DNA of 64,000 nucleotides from a virus, in IMG/VR virus record IMGVR_UViG_3300044981_000029, positions 6,195 through 70,194 of that record. One strand, given 5' to 3'. The translations under genes were made by a program, and so were the position numbers. Each line of letters opens with the position of its first letter. Positions within the stretch are counted from its first letter, which is position 1. The notes beneath the pieces are model-generated. The model was not told the origin of the DNA. It saw only the letters and a list, made by a program, of their open reading frames with translations, and did no database searches. Positions 27,468-37,488 of this stretch are shown here, one piece after another.

Positions 27468-27776
27468 TCACGATCCGGAAGGTTTCGCCTTAGAATAGGC
27501 AACGCACGCAGCCACGGAATCTCCGCACCAATCAACGGTTCCGTCATGAAGCATCCATTTGCGCCAATATTCTGGCATGCCGTTCAATGGTCTGCATCGA
27601 ACAGTCGAAGAACCACCGATGCCTGACGGAGAATAATTCATCTCACCAGTGAAGCCAACAACTTCCCAATCACCGCCATATGATCTGTCCGAGAATTTGT
27701 CGCCGATGCGGACCATCTGGCGACCTTGACTATAGGCCAATGTCAGTTCTTTGATATCGTCGATAATTCCGCTCAT
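27468..27776 (-). CDS. Hypothetical protein
   Basis: 102-aa ORF with an AGAG-type RBS in the leftward operon. Confidence 0.5.
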   Translation of the reverse strand: MSGIIDDIKELTLAYSQGRQMVRIGDKFSDRSYGGDWEVVGFTGEMNYSPSGIGGSSTVRCRPLNGMPEYWRKWMLHDGTVDWCGDSVAACVAYSKAKPSGS

Positions 27777-28073
27777 GTTTTATTCTCTTTAGTGGCCTTC
27801 TTCTTGCGCTTCGCCTTGACGAGCAGCGGCGTCCAGCATCCCGACCCGTACTTCCTGATCGAGGCCTCGATGCGCTTGATCATGACCTTGGAGGCTTTGC
27901 GGGTCATGTCCGTTCCTTCTTTTCGTGAGAATCGATTTTGATGGTCTTACACGGGCACTTTGGGGCGATTCTACCCCCGCCGCGATGGTGACATGCCAGA
28001 CAACGCCACGAATACCCCTTGCGTTTGTCTCTGTATGCCATTTTTCTCCACTCGCACTTTGGAGCCTCGATTT

Positions 28074-28526
28074 TCACTTTCGCGCTTTCAGATCCGCGAT
28101 GGCCTGCAACAGCGCCTCGTTGTCGTGAGCGCAGCCGATCTCATCGCAGGCGTCGGCGAATGCTCGTTCGAAATCTGATGGAGTGGCCGCTCTGTCCAGC
28201 GCTGGCGCTGCCACGGCGTAAAGAGGTTCTACCTCGTGATGGTGAGGATTAATGAAGTCTGGCTTAACCGGAACCAAAGACCACTCCCCGTTATCGTCAC
28301 CTTCGCGGAATCTCGGCAGTGTCCGCCATCGCCATGCACATGCCTCAAACGCTGGCGCTGCGGGCGGGAGGGCGGCGCGGGTGTTCCATAGGGCGCGGGC
28401 ACTCGGTTCGGAATCCTCTAGGGAGGCTCCGCAGCCTTGGCAACAAACGAAGTTTAATTTGGTTAGCGATTCTATTTCGTTGCCACCACAAAATGGGCAT
28501 GGGAGCAGCGTTTCTGTGTCGGTCAT
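28074..28526 (-). CDS. lar: Lar-family (restriction alleviation) zinc-finger protein
   Basis: LLPCPFCGG...CQGCG......A...WNTRA. Confidence 0.7.
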   Translation of the reverse strand: MTDTETLLPCPFCGGNEIESLTKLNFVCCQGCGASLEDSEPSARALWNTRAALPPAAPAFEACAWRWRTLPRFREGDDNGEWSLVPVKPDFINPHHHEVEPLYAVAAPALDRAATPSDFERAFADACDEIGCAHDNEALLQAIADLKARK

Positions 28527-28528
28527 GG

Positions 28529-28810
28529 CTACGCCTTCTCTAGTTGTTCATATTCGATTTTGGTGTCAATCAGAGGTCGGAAACGCTCTGGTTTGAATGC
28601 CCATTCCTTCTCGTCTCCGTCGGCCCAAATTATCGTAGGATTGACCAGTTCCTCCAGATAAACGCCATATCCCTCGATATGGTCATTCACATCGAAACCG
28701 CGAACCGTATAGATTCCTCCGGTTCGTGGTAGCATTGTTACATAGGGACGAGTTTCTTGGTTGATGGAATCATCAACGCAAACTACCTTCTGTCCGATCC
28801 TAAGTATCAT
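28529..28810 (-). CDS. Hypothetical phage protein
   Basis: GGAG RBS; IGQKVVCVDD...G.IYTVR...L.E..N...F...RFRPL pattern. Confidence 0.65.
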   Translation of the reverse strand: MILRIGQKVVCVDDSINQETRPYVTMLPRTGGIYTVRGFDVNDHIEGYGVYLEELVNPTIIWADGDEKEWAFKPERFRPLIDTKIEYEQLEKA

Positions 28811-28907
28811 CACTCCCTCCCGAAGCAAGCAGCCAGCGTCGCGATGGCTATCGCGAGAAAAACAATCGTAAGAATTGCTACTCCGATTGATGGGGCGTGA
28901 AGCCTTT

Positions 28908-29420
28908 TCATGTCCGCACCGCGCCGTTGCCGAACCGGTTCGGCGGCAGTTCTGAGGCAGCACCACGAATGACGTTGCCGAGTTGTTCCAGAGTAAAATC
29001 AACGCCGTTGATTTGCACCGCAGTTCCTGCGTCCTCCAAGAACAGCGGTTTCTCGCCCTCCTCCAGCCCCTCCGGTGCGCTCTGGATAGTCCCCGGCACT
29101 TTGATGAACGCCGCAAGCTTGATCTCCTCACGGAGGTCCGCAAGCTGCTTGGCGGCCACGCTGGCGATGGTTTCCGCAATCGCCGAAACCCGGACCACGA
29201 CGCGCTCGTATTGCGCACCAGAGGCGGTAACCCGTTCCACTTGCTGGATCAGGAACTCGGTCTGGAACTTCAAGTTGCTGTTGATTCCGGTCAGTTCCCG
29301 CACCTGATCGGTCAGGACCATGACTTGCTGTCGGGCCTCAGCGAGGTCGTCCTTGAGTTGGTCGTAGTCGCGCAGGAACTGCGTTTCGCTCGGTGTGCGG
29401 TCGTGGATGTGGTGATTCAT
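28908..29420 (-). CDS. Coiled-coil hypothetical protein
   Basis: GGAGA RBS before ATG 29420; heptad pattern. Confidence 0.55.
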   Translation of the reverse strand: MNHHIHDRTPSETQFLRDYDQLKDDLAEARQQVMVLTDQVRELTGINSNLKFQTEFLIQQVERVTASGAQYERVVVRVSAIAETIASVAAKQLADLREEIKLAAFIKVPGTIQSAPEGLEEGEKPLFLEDAGTAVQINGVDFTLEQLGNVIRGAASELPPNRFGNGAVRT

Positions 29421-29956
29421 GGTTGGTTCTCCGGTGGTTCGGCCCAATCTTCAATTCGTTGCCACATGCGGTTCACCCGCAGGCAGAACTCGGGGTCTTT
29501 CTCAATGAGACGGGCGATTCTATCGCGAGCGTGAATTATAGACGAATGATCCCGAAAACCAAACCGACGCGCTACAAATGGCGTCGATTGTCCGGTAATT
29601 TTCAGGGCGAGAAACATCGCCAGATGTCGCGCATTGACGATCTTGTCAAATCTTCGCGGGCCATTTATCTCGGCAACCGTCACGCCGTCTTCTTCGGCAA
29701 TTACGCGCTGAATTTCCTTGATGATCTCAATTGACGTTTTGCGCGATGGTATCTCGGAAACGACGCTGAACCACCATTTGATTTGCGGTTTCCGAGGTTG
29801 TTGACGCGACGGAGACACGAATGCGGCGCTGCGCTCCGATGCGGACAGAATCTTGATGCCCGGATCTGGTTTCCCAGCAGCATTGATGCGCGCAATCCTC
29901 GCTCGGTGCTCCGCAGTTTGGCGCTTGGCCTCAGTGGTCGGCTGGTCGGGGGTCAT
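29417..29956 (-). CDS. Stand-alone DnaA domain IV (DNA-binding HTH) protein
   Basis: I...V......EI.GPRR...IVNARHLAMFLA..IT..S...VARRFG.RDHSSIIHA..RI. Confidence 0.85.
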   Translation of the reverse strand: MTPDQPTTEAKRQTAEHRARIARINAAGKPDPGIKILSASERSAAFVSPSRQQPRKPQIKWWFSVVSEIPSRKTSIEIIKEIQRVIAEEDGVTVAEINGPRRFDKIVNARHLAMFLALKITGQSTPFVARRFGFRDHSSIIHARDRIARLIEKDPEFCLRVNRMWQRIEDWAEPPENQP

Positions 29957-30420
29957 CAGCGCGACCTCCGAGGCTGCGGCGGCGCATACGAAATCCGGCA
30001 ATGATGCGCGCAATAGGGCGATCCAGCAAGCACCCTGCGCCCGCAGAACACATAATCATGACCGCCGAACGGAAACTTGCATGTGTCGTCCGTCAACTCC
30101 AGCAGCGTGATCGGCTGGCAGTCCTCCAGAATCTCAGGCTCCGGCGGCAATGGCTGGCACCGCATGACGGGTTGCGAGCTTTCCTTGAGCAGGAATCCCG
30201 CGACCGGCGCTGCCTTCTTCTTTCGCGGCATTTTCATTCTCTTCGGTGGACCGCCGCCATGGCTGCCTCGCAACCGATAGCCTCGACGATTACACAGGGA
30301 TATCACAGCATTCCGCGATTTTCCATTATTCATGGATATTGCGATCTGAGATGCGGAAAGTCCGCATGCTGCAAGTCTTGCCACCTCGATTTTTTCATCC
30401 GCAGTCCAGAGCACCTGCAT
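29956..30420 (-). CDS. gcrA: GcrA-like cell-cycle regulator
   Basis: WT.........GLSASQIA......SRNAVIS...R and LLELTDDTCKFPFG....FCG......PYCAHH..ISY. Confidence 0.9.
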   Translation of the reverse strand: MQVLWTADEKIEVARLAACGLSASQIAISMNNGKSRNAVISLCNRRGYRLRGSHGGGPPKRMKMPRKKKAAPVAGFLLKESSQPVMRCQPLPPEPEILEDCQPITLLELTDDTCKFPFGGHDYVFCGRRVLAGSPYCAHHCRISYAPPQPRRSR

Positions 30421-30510
30421 CACAGCACACTCCCCAGCAGATACCACCCTGCCCATATCCAAAACGCGATGCACGCGCCGCCCCAGAAGAATGGCCAATT
30501 GATTTCCATA

Positions 30511-30930
30511 TTATGTTCTCCTCATTTCTTCGTACGAGGCCAATTGCGGGTCGCTCCAAACCACGCCGTTCTCAGCCCCCCAGGCGAAAATTAGCTCAAT
30601 CAAATTTGACATTTCAACCTTAGTTGTCTTTGACGAAGAATATCCAGTCGAGAAAAAGTTGCGCCCGTCGAGCGTCGGCAAGATATCCTGCTCCTGTCCG
30701 AGCGCGTGCAGGAAAATCACCTTGTATTCATCGATCGTAAATTGCTGTCCATTGATGGTCTTTTTCTGTTTCACAATATCTGTCAACATTGCCCACATAC
30801 GGGCGTTCTGTGGAAGCGTTCGCTTTGGGTCTCTGATTTCTACCCGAGATCCTAGAGGTGCAACCTTGATTGATTCCATAACGCGCTGGCGCATCTTTTC
30901 GTCATAGATCACGACCAGCGAGTGAGACAT
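30511..30930 (-). CDS. ninB: NinB-family recombination protein
   Basis: PKRTLPQNARMWAMLTDI...SSK....EMSNLIELIFAWGAENGV.W. Confidence 0.85.
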   Translation of the reverse strand: MSHSLVVIYDEKMRQRVMESIKVAPLGSRVEIRDPKRTLPQNARMWAMLTDIVKQKKTINGQQFTIDEYKVIFLHALGQEQDILPTLDGRNFFSTGYSSSKTTKVEMSNLIELIFAWGAENGVVWSDPQLASYEEMRRT

Positions 30931-31535
30931 CATGCTGCCTTTAGCTTCTCGACCAACATGCACAGTTCCCGGTCGAAATCATCCACGGCTTTCCGAAGGT
31001 CGGAGATGTAGGCTTCATCTCGTTTATGCCGGATAATCAGCGGCTTCATTTTCGAATAATAGACGATCAAGTCAATCCACTCTCGCTCAGCAACCATGAG
31101 ATTGCCTTGAAGCTGCGCGCGGTGCTCCGGTGGGGCTTCCCCCTTGAGGAGCAGCGGGATCAGAATGTGCGGAGCCGCCGTCTTGATCTCAAGCATTCCG
31201 TCATCGCCGACAAGGGCGTCCGGTGAGCAGCCGCATTTGCCGTTGCGGACAAAACCGACCCTGCGCGGTTCGCAGTCGCGCACGAACGAATAATGCTGCC
31301 GGGCTTCGTCCTCCATTGCATGGCCGCGGTCCATGTATCCATTGGTGTAGTTCTCAGCCGGCTCTCCGGTGATGCGCTCGCCAGCCATCTTGTAAAGCAG
31401 CGTCTGGCGCGTCTTGGATTCGGCGCCCCCGCGCCCCGATGCAAGCAGAGTTGAGAAAACAGAGGCGGTTGGGATGCCGGCGCGCAGCTTGCGCCATTCC
31501 TCGGTTCCCTGTTCCAGGTCTTCAAAGATTTCCAT
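30930..31535 (-). CDS. YqaJ / lambda-exonuclease family nuclease
   Basis: EQGTEEW..LRAG..TAS, M.RG...E..AR, GCSPDALV, LEIK, Q.Q..L.V. Confidence 0.9.
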   Translation of the reverse strand: MEIFEDLEQGTEEWRKLRAGIPTASVFSTLLASGRGGAESKTRQTLLYKMAGERITGEPAENYTNGYMDRGHAMEDEARQHYSFVRDCEPRRVGFVRNGKCGCSPDALVGDDGMLEIKTAAPHILIPLLLKGEAPPEHRAQLQGNLMVAEREWIDLIVYYSKMKPLIIRHKRDEAYISDLRKAVDDFDRELCMLVEKLKAA

Positions 31536-32281
31536 CACGATTGCGCTTTCTTCTGGAATTGATCCAACCCGGCCATGCAGCCGTCGAACAGCGATGCCAT
31601 AATGTCCTCGAATGCCTCGACTTTTGCCCATTTGAGGAACTTCTTGCGGTCACATCCGACCGCCTCGCATTTATCGATCAGGGCATCGATCTGGATTTGG
31701 CTTATCCTTGCAGCGTCCTCCTCGCCAATTCCGGCTTTGCTTCCGTCATCATCTGCTGCGGCCGCGAGACCTAGCATTTGAACCAACGAATAGCGCTGCA
31801 GGTAGGTCAGGGTCGATCCGATGGCCTGGATAGCGTTCTTGTTTCCGCTGCCGTCTGCCGGGCCGGAAAGGGTTGTCTCCTCGCTGTGGCCGTCCTCATG
31901 GGACAATATGCACGTCACGTTGATGCGCTCGTTCTGCACCGTTCGGAATCGATAGGAAAGGCCGTGCGCGCCGATGATGGGATCGACGACCCGCGCAATG
32001 GCGGCAAAATCGGCGTATTTCTTGGAATTGTGCCCCGTAGCGTTGCGCGTGATCGGAGGTATCTGCTTTTTTGCGGCGGCCACGGCCTTGTCGAAGGCCT
32101 TGCGAGCGTTGCCGGCCTCCCACCGCTCTTGCAGGTTCATCAGCTTCTCGATCATGTCGAGACCGGCGCCGCTGCTGACGGCTCGGTTGAGCATGTCCAT
32201 TGGCGTCATTGCTGGCATAATTTCCGCTCTGCGCACGATGTCCTGCGCCTGCTCTGCGGGCTTCTCGGCTGGGCTGGTCAT
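31535..32281 (-). CDS. erf: ERF-family single-strand annealing protein
   Basis: KYADFAAI, VTCILSH.DGHSE, NAIQAIGSTLTYLQRYSL..MLGLA..DDDG. Confidence 0.9.
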   Translation of the reverse strand: MTSPAEKPAEQAQDIVRRAEIMPAMTPMDMLNRAVSSGAGLDMIEKLMNLQERWEAGNARKAFDKAVAAAKKQIPPITRNATGHNSKKYADFAAIARVVDPIIGAHGLSYRFRTVQNERINVTCILSHEDGHSEETTLSGPADGSGNKNAIQAIGSTLTYLQRYSLVQMLGLAAAADDDGSKAGIGEEDAARISQIQIDALIDKCEAVGCDRKKFLKWAKVEAFEDIMASLFDGCMAGLDQFQKKAQS

Positions 32282-32446
32282 TTCGGTTCCTTCTCAGTCC
32301 ATCCCCATGATACGATGTTGTACATCTCTTCGCGGACCATTCCGTCAATCTCTTCTTCGGTTGCATCGTCTTCAACTTCAATCTCGCCGGACCACATAGC
32401 GCCCTGCATGGAAGTTTCCACAACCCATTTGATAATCCTCATTGCT

Positions 32447-33704
32447 CTACCCCTTCGCCTGTTCGAGCTTCTTCCATGCTCTGGTGAGCGCTGCCATCTC
32501 TGGGCTTGGCGCTACGTCAATATTGTAGCGATGCAGATGGTGGTCGATCATGTTGAGGAGGGCGGTGATTTCTGGCACATGAAGGAAAATTGGTATCGCG
32601 GTCATTTCGCCATAGCGGCGGTCTTTGGACATATTGCAGGCCGTTTCTTGATCTGGATGTAAACCTGGACGGCAATCAATGCATCGCTCGTAACCGAGCA
32701 CACAGCCGCAGGCAAGAGTCCGGGTCATACCTCCTCCATCGCGTCACGGCACCGCTTGTCCGCCTCCATGTACCGGCCGAGGGCGGCGGTGAGCTCTTGC
32801 GCCTCGATCTGGTTGGCGTCCCACGCGGTCGCCTCATAAGCTGGCGATCGATCGCCGGACAGACGAACCGATTTGCCCTTGGTGACGGCGCATTTCTGCT
32901 GGGCAACGCGGACAGCGCGTAGCAGATCAAGTTCGTGCGAGAACAGATCGCGCGGCAGATCGAACAGTTCCTGCGCCTTGGTGATAGCGGGGGGCGTGGT
33001 GGGGGTCATGTCAGGACACCTTGATCTTGGCGAGTGCGGCCCTTGAGATATTCTTGATCTGCCGCAGAGTATATCGTAAGCTTTCGCTGTCGTTCACCAT
33101 CGAAAACGGCATCCGATCGATACTCTCCAAAGCCTTTTTCAGCCGCGCGTTTTCGTTCATGAGGTCGCGCGCATCGCTGTCGTTTGCCATCGTCTCAATC
33201 CTTGAAAAATTCGGCAGCATTGGCGCTGCCAGTCTGGGGGAGAACTCAGCGGATGCGCTTGCCGGCATTGTTGTAGACGATGGCGATCTTGCGGGTGTTT
33301 GCGAAACGGAGAGCAGCATCCACATCACGGAACCACCGGGTAATGATGGTGCTGAAGTCGGAAGGCGCCCAATCGACGTGGCACATGCCACCATTCTGCG
33401 CGATGAACTTCTCGGAAGCCGCTCTGGAAATCTCGGCTGCGGATCGGGTGTCGGTCATGTCCATCTCCTGTGAGCCCCATTGGCTAACTCCATAAAGCAC
33501 GGGTTTGACCTCGTGTCAAGCCGGGGTTTACTGATTAATCTGTAATAGCAACTCCCGAGCGTTCTCGCACGCGTCCTGCAGCGGATCGCCTTCCCATCCA
33601 TCCGGCATGCCATCTCGGAACTCTGAATTGGCCAGCAGAATAGCCTCGATCGCCGCGACGAGAAGCCTCTTCTGGCAATCATTGACTTCGCAATTGTCGG
33701 TCAT
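32447..33704 (-). other. Cluster of small leftward hypothetical CDSs (32447-32728, 32725-33009, 33011-33190, 33246-33464, 33528-33704)
   Basis: Consecutive minus-strand ORFs with RBS and stop/start overlaps; no family recognised. Confidence 0.5.
33491..33530 (-). promoter_or_regulatory. Sigma70-type early promoter, copy 1
   Basis: Minus strand taaaccccggCTTGACacgaggtcaaacccgtgCTTTATgg, upstream of CAGGAG-ATG 33464. Confidence 0.8.
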
Positions 33705-34207
33705 TTGCGGAATTTCCTCTTCGGCCACGGTTGCTTGCGGGTCGCGATTTTGGGACCGCGCTTTGGCTTGCGCTCCAGTCGCGCGAATTTAGTCTTGATG
33801 CCAATATCGGAACCTTTTGTCGTCACCGTCCGTGCAGCTCCTGGCTTGCGACCGGTGGTCTTTTGCTGGTGATCAGGCTTCGACCGGTAGACCAGAAAGT
33901 CCGGGTGGTGCGCATGCGGAGTGTATCGCGCCGCCACGTCTTTTGCATGCGGGTTGTAGCGGCGTAAAACGAGCGCAGGATCGTGATCGAGCGCATGAGG
34001 CGCCACATTCTCGCCGTCCTCGAAGATGCGGGTAAGGAGCCATTTCAGGCGCGTGGCGAGGCTGAGCTTTTTGCCGATCCTGGCACACCTATCAAGAATT
34101 GCGGTATATTGCAGAACTTCCCAAATCGCGCGCGTCTCTCCGAACTGCCGCTCAGCGACAGCAACCCTAACGGCAAGACCGGGCTGCGGCGGGCGAACGC
34201 GCTTCAT
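33701..34207 (-). CDS. HNH-like protein
   Basis: DHDPAL...H..KT...SDI...K..R followed by a basic tail, as in alphaproteobacterial phage HNH-like proteins. Confidence 0.5.
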   Translation of the reverse strand: MKRVRPPQPGLAVRVAVAERQFGETRAIWEVLQYTAILDRCARIGKKLSLATRLKWLLTRIFEDGENVAPHALDHDPALVLRRYNPHAKDVAARYTPHAHHPDFLVYRSKPDHQQKTTGRKPGAARTVTTKGSDIGIKTKFARLERKPKRGPKIATRKQPWPKRKFRK

Positions 34208-36574
34208 CAGCGATACTCTCGCACGTATTTTTTGGCCTCATTCTTCGACATCTTTTCTCCGGTCCAATCATTGATAATTTCACCGTCGATCGCGTCAATC
34301 AGTTCGCACAGGATATCCTTTTGCTCCGGGGTGTCGCGCTGTCCCATGGCAGAAAACGAATAACCGAGGTTAGCCCATCGTTGTACGATCGAAATGCTCT
34401 TCTCGCTGAGGTCGCTCCACCCTTTGAGCGTTCCCCATTTCAGCTCAATGCTTTCGCGCTTCATTGCGTCACCTTCGGACCATCGTCTGGCCAAGCTTTG
34501 AATTCCGCACCGCATTTCGGACAAGTGCTATCCACCAATTCGGATTTCTTGCCGACCCATCCGCATCTGCACCTGATTTTGATGTCGCTCATCCTATCCC
34601 CCAGATTGCCAGCCATGCCGTCCAATGACATCCGCATCACGATCGTTCCGTGCAGATCCAGGGCAGCGGGTGCGGTCAGATGGGAAGGTCAGGATTTTGG
34701 CTTGCATTTCATCGCCTTTCGCAGTTTTCCTCGTTTGGTGGCCGCTTCCTTCACGCGCTCAACCAGCGCCGCGCCGACCTCAGCCCTGTCCCGCGCGCTC
34801 GCAGACTTGCGGCGGACTTCCTCGGTGGCCAACTTGGCCTCACGCATGGCCTGGAGCGCCTTCTCGCGTGGGCCTATTTCTCGGGGCATGCCTTCACCTT
34901 CGCTAGCAGCGCCTTCGCCGATCGGTACATTTCGCCCTCTGGCGACTGTTCGGCGTCGAGTGTGCGATCATCTCGCTCGACGATATCAGCGTACATTGCC
35001 CACTGTCGCAGGGCTTGATCAAGCGCCTTCACGAGTTCGTCGAAGTGGTTCTCCCAACGGACGATTGCGGCGGCGTTGGCGATGCCTTCAGCCTCATATT
35101 CTGGAAACTCACAATCGGCGATGATTTCTCCACCAGACAAGACATATCCCGGCCGCTTGGGATTGCGATCAAGTCCGGTCTGCCACGGTCCTTTCGTGCG
35201 TTCTCTCATTCGAGTTCCTCCGCTATTTCCCGCACCAGCTTTTCCCACTGCGTGAGCTTGGCAATTGTGTGATGCGGTGAAATCGGGTCCTGTCCATTCT
35301 CCCGATTAACTCGCAGGATCGCCAGAAAATCCGCCAACTGCAGCGCAATGTCTCGGTCGCTCATTTCTGCTCCTTCGCGCCGATCTTGCGGACGACATCC
35401 CACGACGATAGCCGCAGGGCCTTCAGAAATGGAATGTCCGCGAGGGTCACTGGAATAAGACCATGGCGGACCGTGCACAACCTAGGTTGCACGATCAAGA
35501 CCGTCAGTTCATTGTCGCTATAATCATCCGGCCACCCGTCATCGTCGAAGTCCGGGTTCTCGCCGTATTTGGTGAGCGATGCTTCGATTTCTTCTATCGT
35601 GGTGTATGTTCCATGCGCTCCCGACGTGCTGAACAGAACGAAGTTCATTTCGTTGGCTTCGGCGTGCGGGAACCATTCGTGCAGGGCCTCCATTCCGCGT
35701 CCTGGCTTGATGCTGAAATTGTTGTAATGACCGCCCTGCTTGCCGTGGATGCTCTTGAAGTTAACGTCCTCGGGCTGCTCGAACATTGGTCCACCGAATA
35801 CGCCCATTTTCAGATCCTTCCGTTGATGGCGAATAGAAGCCCCATAACCCCGAGCGCCGTTGGAATGCACAGCACAACCGTCCAGGCCATCGCGCGACGG
35901 GTCATGATGCAAGCTCCGATACGAAGACAATATTTCCATCGCGTTTCGCCGCATCACGAATCAGCGACCGATATCCCAAGATTTCCTTGATGCGTTCGCG
36001 CGGCTCGGCATGCCGCACATGGATTAGCAGCGAGGTTCCGTCAGTGTAGACGATCTTGTGGAGCTGCAGAAGACGCCCCACGAGCTTCTTGTCGGTGGTG
36101 ACCTCACGGTGGCAAATCCGCTGTTGCGCCGACATGTACCCGGTCCACGTGCCTTCGATGACAAATCGCTCGCTCATGACAACGAATCCTCCTGCCGCAA
36201 CTCCCGCAGGAGCGCGTCTATCTGCGGCGCCGTCAGACCTGCATGCGATGCGCAGTCCGCAAACCGCGCCTCGGATATCTCCCCATCCCATAACCCGGCG
36301 ATGAGCCGGTCAACCTCGTGGCTGTGCTCGGGATTGATGTGGTTCATGGCTGCCTCCCGAATGCGCCGCAGTAGCCTTCTGGCCTGCCGACGTTATCCTT
36401 CATTTTGCGCCATGCCATGCAGGCAGAGGCGATGCACATGCAATCGATGTCCGGCTTACCGCTAGGATTCGCACCGCGGTTGATGGTGGTTCCCTGCCCA
36501 TCGTTTTCCGAACTGGCGCGAGCCAATGGGCACCACTTGGTTTTGGCCTCGTCTTCCGTGAGAAAATTGGGCAT
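34207..36574 (-). other. Cluster of small leftward hypothetical CDSs (34207-34464, 34689-34889, 34874-35209, 35206-35364, 35361-35807, 35902-36177, 36344-36574)
   Basis: Tightly packed minus-strand ORFs with GGAG/AAGG RBS and overlaps. Confidence 0.5.
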
Positions 36575-36603
36575 GCTATCCTCCTGTTGGGCCGTTGCGA
36601 GCG

Positions 36604-36975
36604 TTAGCGAAGGTTGATTGACGGAACGATCACAGACGGCTTGAACGTCACGCGGTAAAAATATGTGCTCGCTGGCGCCGGGTCCATCTGCTCGGAAAAA
36701 TACGTCACGTTGTCGCTCAATCCGAGGAAATGCTTCTTGAACTGGTTCGGACCAGTTTTGCAGGTCACAGCCAACTTCTTCTCAGATGGCTCCTGCGAGC
36801 AAAGGCCCTCAATCGTCAGCATGTAGTCGCCGGTAATGCCGTTGTAGAACACGATGCGGCGGTTGATTTCAAAATTGTCGGCGGCTTGGGATAGGTTGCT
36901 GGATACGACGGATGCGTCATTGGAGCAGGCGCCCAATGACGATGCGGTCAAGAGCAGGATTATTGCATGCTTCAT
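36604..36975 (-). CDS. Phage lipoprotein
   Basis: MKHAIILLLTASSLGA-C lipobox; S.NLS..ADNFEI.RRIVFYNGIT...CKTG...KKHFLGLSDNVTYF.EQ. Confidence 0.8.
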   Translation of the reverse strand: MKHAIILLLTASSLGACSNDASVVSSNLSQAADNFEINRRIVFYNGITGDYMLTIEGLCSQEPSEKKLAVTCKTGPNQFKKHFLGLSDNVTYFSEQMDPAPASTYFYRVTFKPSVIVPSINLR

Positions 36976-37003
36976 TCGGCGGTTTCTCCGTTGCTGATGA
37001 CCT

Positions 37004-37036
37004 CATAAACCACGCATTTGATACCTTGTCAACAGG
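37004..37036 (-). promoter_or_regulatory. Sigma70-type early promoter, copy 2 (at the divergence point)
   Basis: Minus strand cctgTTGACAaggtatcaaatgcgtgGTTTATg, upstream of AACGGAGAA RBS. Confidence 0.75.
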
Positions 37037-37074
37037 TGGCTTGCATTTTATTTTGGGATGTGCAATCAAGGGCC

Positions 37075-37473
37075 ATGACAGAAACCTATTACAGAAAACT
37101 GATCGCCCCGATAACGCGCCAGAATAAGATGGCGTATCAAGCGCTTGTCCGGGAATTTTCGAAGGTGCTCATCGCCGATTTCGCTGGGGTGAAAAACCAG
37201 GGTTTGAACCGGTGGGAGGTCATCCCGCTGTACTACGTCGAGAACATCTCGAAAAAGACCGGCATCCGGCCGTGTGATCTGCTGCCGGAACCGCCTTGGG
37301 GGCTGAGCTGGACGCTTCCCGATGATGGTTTGGCGGCGACCAAGCGCGCGATTGACGATTTCAAGTTTCGCCGCAACATCGTTGCGCCGATGAACCGCGC
37401 CCAGTATGCGGACTTTCTGACGGAAAAGAAACGATTCGGCGGCAAACCGCCAAGTTTGGAGATCGCGCGATAA
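37075..37473 (+). CDS. Cro/YdaS-like HTH regulator
   Basis: IA...GV..Q.LNRW..IP......I...TGI...DL.P. First gene of the rightward arm; ATG follows closely on a possible TTGCAT promoter. Confidence 0.65.
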   Translation: MTETYYRKLIAPITRQNKMAYQALVREFSKVLIADFAGVKNQGLNRWEVIPLYYVENISKKTGIRPCDLLPEPPWGLSWTLPDDGLAATKRAIDDFKFRRNIVAPMNRAQYADFLTEKKRFGGKPPSLEIAR

Positions 37474-37488
37474 CCCTAGGAGAAAAAA

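Larger units (their letters stand above)
26287..27484 (+). repeat. Imperfect ~70-bp direct repeat (26287-26355 and 27415-27484)
   Basis: ggagagatcgcgaagaagctcggtgaa-ctcgaaccggacaaaacataccggatcacgatc vs ggtgaaatcgcgaacgcgctcggtgaggctcgaaccggacgcaacatacgagatcacgatc. Confidence 0.85.
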
